Virus record (IMG/VR): IMGVR_UViG_3300010397_000043
Location: 1 to 64,000 of that record
Length of the DNA: 64,000 nucleotides
Direction: 5' to 3' (one strand)
Source: a virus
The position numbers and the translations under genes are program-made. Shown here in pieces: positions 55,455 to 62,017 of the stretch. The notes under the pieces are model-generated. The model saw only the letters and a program-made list of their open reading frames with translations, had not been told where the DNA came from and made no database searches. How positions within the stretch are numbered: position 1 is the first letter of the stretch; each line of letters begins with the position of its first letter.

Positions 55455-55594
55455 GCTGCATACTCCAGAATAAACCCGAATCGGGCCGGGCCAGTATGCG
55501 AGAGTATTCCACACTCGGCAACCGATCCGCCTGGGTTTTGTGCTATGCAGCAAGCCCGCCCCCTATGTAGCAGCACGCCAGCCCTGAGCGGACC

Positions 55595-55628
55595 ATTACC
55601 ACTGGTAATTGTAACAGTGGGTTTACCC
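55595..55628. promoter_or_regulatory. Composite operator-like site upstream of the ParB-like gene
   Basis: ATTACC-ACT-GGTAAT, TGTAAC, GGGT-TT-ACCC. Confidence 0.65.
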
Positions 55629-55739
55629 TGCCCAATTCACGTTACAAAGGGTGTATACTGGCGGGGCCCAACGGGTTTGGATTGGGTAGTACGGGCCGAC
55701 CCTTGGGTGGACGAACCACACACTTTAGGAGCACTCAAC

Positions 55740-56930
55740 ATGTCAACGAAGCAAACAACCAAGAAGGCTGCCAAGGCCCAAGAGACATCAGGCAGGTTGG
55801 AGCGACACCCCCTTTCGGAGCGCTTCGCCCTGCCGACGACCGACGAAGAACGATTGGCGCTCGCGACCGACATGGCGACGAACGGCCAGCATCAGGAAAT
55901 TCTGCTGTACGAGGGCAAGGTCCTCGACGGGTGGGAACGCTACATGGGGTGCATGCAAAAGGGCATCACCCCCAAGTTCAAGGAATACACCGGCATTGAC
56001 CCCGCTGCCACGGCATTCGGGGTCAATGTCATTCGACGGAAGCTTTCGACCGTCCAGAAGGCGTACTTCGGCGCCGTCTACTACAAGTACGTGCTGGAAA
56101 CGCAGGGCCCGAAGGTGACGCAGGCCCAGATCGCCAAGATGGTGTGCGTGGGTCTCACGAAGCTGAACCTCATGTCGCAACTGCTGCAGTCGCGGCACCC
56201 GGCTGCAGCCGGCCATATCGAGACGCTGGGCACCGACAGCGAGGTCACGAATGCGCAGTGGCTGGCGATGTTGGTCGAGTGCGGCATTCAGGAGGAAAAG
56301 CCCAAGGGCAAGCCCAGCAACTTGCAGATCGGCGGTGTGGACGACATGCTCATCGACGACGCCGATGCCGAAGCCGACGAGCACGACCACGATGCCGCTG
56401 TGGACGACCTGACCGGCGGCACCATCGACGACCTGCTCGACGAAGACGACGACATGCCCCTGCCCAAGCGTGCGGGCGGCGGGGGTGGTGAAGCTGGCGG
56501 CAGCGACAACGTGGTGGAAATTTCGTCGCGTGGCGGTCGCATCGGCCACAACCACCGCAGCACCGAGACCCCGGCCAGTGCCTGTGCCAAGAACTTCAAG
56601 GGGCTGGCCGAACCCGAACGCCTCGACTTCGTGAAGTTCGCGTGGGCCACCCTGCGCCCCGCCATCGAGCGCGCTATGCACGAAGGCCGCATCGACTGGC
56701 CCAACCTGGGCGAACTCGTGACCGAGGCCACCAGTGACCCCGGCAAGGCCGCGCTCGCCGATGCTGCCTTGGCGCTCGCCGGCAAGCCTGCCAAGGGCCC
56801 CGCCAAGCCCACCGCTGCCCCCGCCAAGCCCGCGAAGGCCCCCGCCAAGGGCAAGCCCCCTGCCAAGCCCGCCAAGGCCCCCACCACGAAGGCCCCCGCC
56901 AAGCCCGCCAGGGCCCGCAAAGCCGCCTAG
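55740..56930 (+). CDS. ParB-like protein with HTH, acidic linker and PAK-repeat tail
   Basis: HP...E...LATDMATNGQHQEILLYEGKVLDGWERY..C (ParB N-terminal-like), N..RRKLS..QKA, HTH TQAQIAKMVCVG; AGGAG RBS. Confidence 0.75.
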   Translation: MSTKQTTKKAAKAQETSGRLERHPLSERFALPTTDEERLALATDMATNGQHQEILLYEGKVLDGWERYMGCMQKGITPKFKEYTGIDPAATAFGVNVIRRKLSTVQKAYFGAVYYKYVLETQGPKVTQAQIAKMVCVGLTKLNLMSQLLQSRHPAAAGHIETLGTDSEVTNAQWLAMLVECGIQEEKPKGKPSNLQIGGVDDMLIDDADAEADEHDHDAAVDDLTGGTIDDLLDEDDDMPLPKRAGGGGGEAGGSDNVVEISSRGGRIGHNHRSTETPASACAKNFKGLAEPERLDFVKFAWATLRPAIERAMHEGRIDWPNLGELVTEATSDPGKAALADAALALAGKPAKGPAKPTAAPAKPAKAPAKGKPPAKPAKAPTTKAPAKPARARKAA

Positions 56931-56970
56931 TGCGTACCAGGGCCCACCCGGGCCCGTTTGCGCGCCTGTA

Positions 56971-57002
56971 GGCCCCGCCTAGCCCCTTGGCGGGGCCTTT
57001 TT
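56971..57002 (+). terminator. Intrinsic terminator
   Basis: GGCCCCGCC/GGCGGGGCC stem followed by TTTTT. Confidence 0.8.
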
Positions 57003-57125
57003 GCTGGCCCCTGTACCGCCTACCCCCTGTTACACCCATCCGCGAGCCCGAAAATGCCCCCACCAAAGCCGCCGCGTATGTCTGCCAACCCGCCCCGCCA
57101 ACCGCCCCATAACCAGGGCAACGTC

Positions 57126-57611
57126 ATGTACCGCGACACGTTCGCGCATCGTGAGTATCGCTCGTCCATCGACTTGGTGAACGAAGTGCTGCGAGCGAAC
57201 TCCATGGCGGTGCATGTGCTGCAGTTCCCCATGCCGCCGAGGTTCATGGTTCCGTACCTGCGCGACCAGTACCTTCAGCGCGACTTGGCAGGCGCGACCA
57301 GATTCAAGCGGGTTACGCTCATTAGCGAACTCGACACCGAACGCATCCACCCCGACACGCTCATCCACAAGCACTTCCATGCGAGGCTGCACTTCTCGTG
57401 TACGATTCCGCAGAACGTAACGTACCTGTACGGCGTTTCGCGCCTGCTGCCCCCCGACTCGACCGCATCGCCTTGCTGGGACGTATCCGTCTACGAGAGC
57501 TATCGCGAAGGCGTGTGGGCCAAGGGGACTTACTACTTGCTGCGCATCGAGTCCGACCACGTGTTCGCCCAGGACGTGGACCTGCTTTACTTGTTCAAGG
57601 CCCTGCCCTAA
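57126..57611 (+). CDS. Hypothetical protein
   Basis: 161 aa between two terminators. Confidence 0.55.
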   Translation: MYRDTFAHREYRSSIDLVNEVLRANSMAVHVLQFPMPPRFMVPYLRDQYLQRDLAGATRFKRVTLISELDTERIHPDTLIHKHFHARLHFSCTIPQNVTYLYGVSRLLPPDSTASPCWDVSVYESYREGVWAKGTYYLLRIESDHVFAQDVDLLYLFKALP

Positions 57612-57642
57612 GTTAAAGTAGGCTTCCCTACCCCGAAACGGT

Positions 57643-57669
57643 TGCCGGGTCCGATACCCGGCATTTTTT
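57643..57669 (+). terminator. Intrinsic terminator
   Basis: TGCCGGGT/ACCCGGCA stem followed by TTTTTT. Confidence 0.75.
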
Positions 57670-57688
57670 ATCCCCGGAGAGTAAGAAT

Positions 57689-58453
57689 ATGAAGGCATCG
57701 ACACTCGCCAAACTCGACGCTGTGGTTGAGGCGCTCGAAGAACTGACGGAGGCCCTCAAGAATGAGGGCAACAAAAGCGGAGGTGACCCTGATGATGAGG
57801 GTGCTGGCGAAGTACCCCGATCCTCAGGCAAGGCTGGCGTGGCCCGGAAAGCTCTACCTGCTAAGGGGAAAAAACCGGCTGCAGCCGACCCCGACGACGA
57901 AGACGACGACCCGCCCGCCAAGCCGGCGAAAAAGGCCAGGGCTGTAGACCCCGACGACGAGGACGATGACCCCCCGGCCAAGCCCAAGGCAAAGGCGAAG
58001 GCCAAGCCCGCCGACGAGGATGAGGACGAAGACGACGACCCGCCCGCCAAGCCGGCGAAAAAGGCACGGGCTGTGGACGCCGACGACGATGATGACGACG
58101 TGCCCCCGCCCAAGAAGTCGGCCGCGAAGCCCGCCGCCAAGGCGAAGGCCAAGCCCGCCGCCGACGAGGATGAGGACGAAGACGAGCCCAAGCCGAAGAA
58201 GGGCAAGAAGGACACCGACCCCCGCGACGAAATCCGCGAGATGATGGTGGCCTACATCGACCCGAAGCGCAAGACGTTCAATGCCGATCTCAAGAAGGCC
58301 ATCCAGTCGGCGCTCAAGAAGGCCGGCGTTGCCGCCGTCGCCGAGCTTGAGGACGAGGACGTGCCCGCGTTCAAGAAGAAGGTCGCGCGGCTGATCGAGC
58401 AGTACGTCGATGCCGACGAGACCGAGTCCGAGGACCCTGACGAAGACGAGTGA
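57689..58453 (+). CDS. Low-complexity protein with alternating acidic/basic repeats and a helical C-terminal domain
   Basis: DDEDDDPPAKPAKK repeats; ALKKAGVAAVAEL C-terminal domain typical of the gene before DUF2800. Confidence 0.75.
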   Translation: MKASTLAKLDAVVEALEELTEALKNEGNKSGGDPDDEGAGEVPRSSGKAGVARKALPAKGKKPAAADPDDEDDDPPAKPAKKARAVDPDDEDDDPPAKPKAKAKAKPADEDEDEDDDPPAKPAKKARAVDADDDDDDVPPPKKSAAKPAAKAKAKPAADEDEDEDEPKPKKGKKDTDPRDEIREMMVAYIDPKRKTFNADLKKAIQSALKKAGVAAVAELEDEDVPAFKKKVARLIEQYVDADETESEDPDEDE

Positions 58454-58490
58454 TAATCGCCCTGCCATCAACCTAACTAGGAGTTACGAA

Positions 58491-58775
58491 ATGTCTTTCT
58501 CTTTTCAAGTTCGCGTAAAGACCAAGGACGAGGCCAAGGCCTCTTGCGCGTCGCAAATGGCGACCATCGTCGCCGGCCAGCCGCCCCATGCCATCGATGA
58601 GCAACTCGTCGTCACCCTGTGCGGCGCGTACATCGATCTGCTTGCCGACAACCCCGACAAGGAGATTCAGATGTACGTCTCCGGCTCGCTGGGCGGAACG
58701 TGGCTCGACGGCAACCTGACCGACGTGAGCACTGCGACCGTGAACGTGCAGGCCTCGCTGCAAGACCCGATCTAA
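58491..58775 (+). CDS. Hypothetical protein
   Basis: AGGAG RBS; MSFSFQV... Confidence 0.65.
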   Translation: MSFSFQVRVKTKDEAKASCASQMATIVAGQPPHAIDEQLVVTLCGAYIDLLADNPDKEIQMYVSGSLGGTWLDGNLTDVSTATVNVQASLQDPI

Positions 58776-58858
58776 AACGTTCAATGGGTGTGACCGGGCA
58801 CGCGCTCGGGCCTTATTGGGGGCTGCGTAACCACACTGCCCCCTGCCCGCCAACTTGG

Positions 58859-58882
58859 AACCCGGCCAAGCGCCGGGTTTTC
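58859..58882 (+). terminator. Terminator-like hairpin
   Basis: AACCCGGC/GCCGGGTT stem followed by a short T run. Confidence 0.5.
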
Positions 58883-58886
58883 TAAT

Positions 58887-60107
58887 ATGGCCGAAGAAAA
58901 AACTCACGCCGTACTTTCCCCAAGCGGGAGCGCCCGCTGGTTGCAGTGCCCCGGCAGCGTCGCGGCTGAGGCTGCGGCCAAGTCCCAGGGCGAGGACGAT
59001 AGCAACCCCGCCAGCCGGCTAGGCACCGTGGCGCATGCCCTGCTCGAAGAGGCGTTGATCTGGGGCTACCCGCCGGAACTGTTTATCGGGTGCTACCTGC
59101 TGCCCGAGCCCCACCCGCCAGTGGACGAAGCCATGTGCAACGCGGTGCAGGTTGCCATCGACTATGTTGAGGAATACCGCGAGACCTACGGGCGCAACAA
59201 CATCAAGATTCGCATCGAGTACAAGCTGGAGAAGATTGGCTCGACGTTTCTCGACCCGGACGACGCCGATGCCTGCTCGGGCACGACCGACATACTGCTC
59301 ATGCACAACGACATGTCCATGTGCAACGTGGCGGACTACAAACACGGCTCGGGCGTGATGGTCGAGGCGCGCGAGAACCCACAGCTCATGCTGTACGCGG
59401 CAGGCGCGTTTGCTGAATTCGGCAAGTTCAAGAAGTACCGGGGCACGGTCATCCAGCCGCGCGTCGCCAAGCGTCGGCCCATTGACGAGTGGGAGTTCAC
59501 GCACGCCACGCTGCTCAAGTTCATCAACAACACGGTGCGCCCCGCCGCCGTCGCTGCCCTGCTGCCCAACGCCCCGCGCAATGCGGGGGAGCATTGCCGC
59601 TGGTGCCGTGCCGCGCCTTCGTGCAAGACCTACCGGGCCAAGGCACGGGCCATCGCTGGCAGTGAGTTCGACCCCATCGAAACGGATGCCGACCTGCTGG
59701 ACCCCGACTCGTTCGGCCCCGAGGACTACGCCCGCTTGCTACTGGAACTGCCCATACTCAAAGCCTGGATCAAGACCGTCGAGGCCCGCGCCCTGCGCAT
59801 GGCACAAGCCGGCACGAAGATCGAAGGCTTCAAGCTGGGGTGGGGCAAGCGCACCCGCCAATGGGACAGCGAAGCCGCCGTGGTCGCGTGGTGCAAGCGC
59901 AAGAAGCTAAACCCCGAGGACTACAGCCCGCGTGGCCTGCTGTCGCCATCCGAGCTGACCAAGTTGATCAAGAAAAAGAAGATCGTCGAAACCAAGCGGG
60001 GCGAGGAATTTGTAAACCCCCTGGACGCCTTTATCAAATACAGCATCCCCGCCCCCAAGGTTGTGCCGGTGGGCGGCAGCGAGTTTGACGAGATAGACGA
60101 CGAATAA
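58887..60107 (+). CDS. Cas4-like PD-(D/E)XK exonuclease (DUF2800 family)
   Basis: HAVLSPS..RWLQCPGS, GTVAH, GTTD, DYKHG, NPQLMLYA, IQPR, GEHCRWC...C. Confidence 0.9.
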   Translation: MAEEKTHAVLSPSGSARWLQCPGSVAAEAAAKSQGEDDSNPASRLGTVAHALLEEALIWGYPPELFIGCYLLPEPHPPVDEAMCNAVQVAIDYVEEYRETYGRNNIKIRIEYKLEKIGSTFLDPDDADACSGTTDILLMHNDMSMCNVADYKHGSGVMVEARENPQLMLYAAGAFAEFGKFKKYRGTVIQPRVAKRRPIDEWEFTHATLLKFINNTVRPAAVAALLPNAPRNAGEHCRWCRAAPSCKTYRAKARAIAGSEFDPIETDADLLDPDSFGPEDYARLLLELPILKAWIKTVEARALRMAQAGTKIEGFKLGWGKRTRQWDSEAAVVAWCKRKKLNPEDYSPRGLLSPSELTKLIKKKKIVETKRGEEFVNPLDAFIKYSIPAPKVVPVGGSEFDEIDDE

Positions 60108-60120
60108 CGGGCATGCCTCC

Positions 60121-60149
60121 TTGCGGATTCCGCGAGTGCGTGCTAAATT
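60121..60149 (+). promoter_or_regulatory. Sigma70-like promoter
   Basis: TTGCGG-17 bp-TAAATT with extended TG. Confidence 0.55.
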
Positions 60150-60187
60150 TTCCACGCCTACCCCCAGCCACCAAATAGGAGCCATAA

Positions 60188-60781
60188 ATGGCAACCAAAA
60201 AGGAACGAGTTTCCCTGCAGACCCCGGTCGGCATTGCGACCTTTGTTCACGTGTTTGAACCACACGCCCACGACAACGACGACGGCGAGAAGAAGCAACC
60301 GATGTACTCGGTGATGCTGGTGTTCACGCCCGAGCAGAAGGACGACCTCAAGGAGCTTCGCCAGCAGTGCATCCGCGCCGCGAAGGCCTTCTTCGGCGAG
60401 CGGTACGAGAAGCTGAAGGAAAAGGGCAAGATGCGCTTCCCCTGGCGCGATGCCGGCGAGTACGAGGAGTATGGCGAGCCCTTCGTCGAGGGCAACACAA
60501 TGATCAACTTCAAGTCGAAGGACGAGCCGGGCGTGGTTGATGCGCGCGCCAAGCCGGTCATGGATCGCAAGGTGATCTTCCCGGGTATGGCCGCACGTGT
60601 GTCCTACGGAGTGTGGCCTTACGAGACGAAGGGCAACACCGGCGTGACCTTGTTCCTCAACAACTTGCAGAAGGCAGGAGATGGTATGGGCCGACTCGCG
60701 GGCCGTGCCGCTGCTGAAGACGAATTCGACGCTATCGAAGGTGCGGACGGTAGCGACGATGGAGATGACGACGAGATCTAA
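60188..60781 (+). CDS. ssb: Single-stranded DNA-binding protein (DUF2815/gp2.5-like)
   Basis: HVFEP, YSV, PWRD, GNTGVTLFLNNLQK; acidic tail. Confidence 0.88.
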   Translation: MATKKERVSLQTPVGIATFVHVFEPHAHDNDDGEKKQPMYSVMLVFTPEQKDDLKELRQQCIRAAKAFFGERYEKLKEKGKMRFPWRDAGEYEEYGEPFVEGNTMINFKSKDEPGVVDARAKPVMDRKVIFPGMAARVSYGVWPYETKGNTGVTLFLNNLQKAGDGMGRLAGRAAAEDEFDAIEGADGSDDGDDDEI

Positions 60782-60832
60782 AGTCGCTCAGTGCCGCCCA
60801 CAACTCAACTTATCCCTTACCTGGAGAACATC

Positions 60833-61291
60833 ATGGCAAAGAAGAATGCCCCTGCCGCCGAAAACAACGTGGACGATCTGCTCGCCGGTGGCGATGCCGA
60901 AGCGGCCCCCGCCGCGAAGCCCAAGGCCAAGAAGGCTGTGAAGGTCGAAGGCACCGACGAGGTCAAGCCCAAGGCGAAGGCCAAGCCCGAAGCCGCCGCC
61001 AAGCCGGCGAAGAAGGCCAGCAAGCCCAAGGCCGAGCCGGAAGCGAAGCCCGCCGCCAAGCCCAAGGCAAAGGCCAAGGGTGGCAAGCCCCGTGGCGAGC
61101 GTGCCGAGTCGCGCGTCGAGGACATCACGGCGGCGCTGCTGAAGGTCAAGAAGTCCACGAGCTATGAGGACCTCGCGGCCAAGGGTGGTTTCGACATCCG
61201 CGCTGTGCGTCGCACCGCCCGCAAGCTGCGTGACGACGGGCAGATCGGCCTCGAGAAGGAAGGCACCAAGGTCTACGTGACCGCTGCCTGA
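60833..61291 (+). CDS. Lys/Ala-rich DNA-binding protein with C-terminal winged helix
   Basis: KPKAKAKP repeats; SYEDLAAKGGFDIRAVRRTARKLRDDG. Confidence 0.7.
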   Translation: MAKKNAPAAENNVDDLLAGGDAEAAPAAKPKAKKAVKVEGTDEVKPKAKAKPEAAAKPAKKASKPKAEPEAKPAAKPKAKAKGGKPRGERAESRVEDITAALLKVKKSTSYEDLAAKGGFDIRAVRRTARKLRDDGQIGLEKEGTKVYVTAA

Positions 61292-61313
61292 CCGCAACAC
61301 CAAGGCAAGTATC

Positions 61314-61652
61314 GTGGAACTCAAACTTGGCTTGGTTCTTTCCAAGAGGGACAAGAGGAAACTCGAAGCCCTCGTTCACAGCTTCAATGAAAGGTTCGAT
61401 TCGATGTCCACTCAACTCGAAGCACTCGTCGCCCAGGTCCAAGCCACCAACGGCGTCATGGAATCGGCGGTCACGCTCATCAATGGCCTGCAGGCCCAAC
61501 TGGCACAGGTGCAGGCCGATCTGGCTGCACAGGGCGTGACCAACGCCCAACTGGACGCGCTGACCACTCAGCTCAACCAGGGCGACGACGCGCTGCAGGC
61601 CCTGCTCGCGGCGAACAGCCCGGCCCCCGCGCCGCCGCCGGCCCAGCCGTGA
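61314..61652 (+). CDS. Coiled-coil protein
   Basis: Gln/Ala/Leu heptads; start uncertain. Confidence 0.6.
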   Translation: MELKLGLVLSKRDKRKLEALVHSFNERFDSMSTQLEALVAQVQATNGVMESAVTLINGLQAQLAQVQADLAAQGVTNAQLDALTTQLNQGDDALQALLAANSPAPAPPPAQP

Positions 61653-61661
61653 AAGACCAAC

Positions 61662-61738
61662 GGCCACATAGCTCAATCTGGTAGAGCGTCGGTCTCCAAA
61701 ACCGAAGGTTGGGGGTTCAAGTCCCTCTGTGGTCGCCA
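61662..61738 (+). tRNA. tRNA-Trp(CCA)
   Basis: Canonical cloverleaf; TCGGT-CTCCAAA-ACCGA anticodon arm, GGTTCAAGTCC T arm, encoded CCA. Confidence 0.95.
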
Positions 61739-61742
61739 AGTT

Positions 61743-61958
61743 AGGAGGGTTCTTTGTTGGGCAGTAGCTCAGGGGTCTGTGGAGGTACGGTGGAGGGAAC
61801 GCCATCGGTGACCACAGAGGCAGGCGGAAAGGTGTAGTCGGTGATCGGGCAAGGACCACCCACGATGCCGGCATCGCCGAGTAGCATGCCTAGAGCGGCT
61901 GGTATATAACCAGAGGGTCGTTGGTTCGATTCCAACCTGCCCCACAAAGAATCCTCCT
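61743..61958 (+). ncRNA. tRNA-scaffolded ncRNA with a ~115-nt structured insertion in the D-loop and an extended acceptor stem
   Basis: GGGCAG-TA-GCTC...GAGC, CTGG-TATATAA-CCAG, GTTGG-TTCGATT-CCAAC-CTGCCC; flanks pair for 15 more bp. Confidence 0.75.
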
Positions 61959-61968
61959 TAAAGCCGAA

Positions 61969-62000
61969 GCCGGCTGGCAACCCCAGCCGGTTTTTCTTTT
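61969..62000 (+). terminator. Intrinsic terminator after the RNA genes
   Basis: GCCGGCTGG/CCAGCCGGT stem followed by TTTTCTTTT. Confidence 0.85.
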
Positions 62001-62017
62001 GTACCTGCGAATCCATC

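Noticed and set aside
58887-60107. Cas4-like gene as part of a CRISPR-Cas system
   Set aside because: No array or other cas genes; it sits in the common DUF2800-SSB-PolA replication module.
61662-61738. tRNA-Trp as an attachment site or prophage boundary
   Set aside because: Phage replication genes continue on both sides, and no integrase or duplicated tRNA 3' end was seen.
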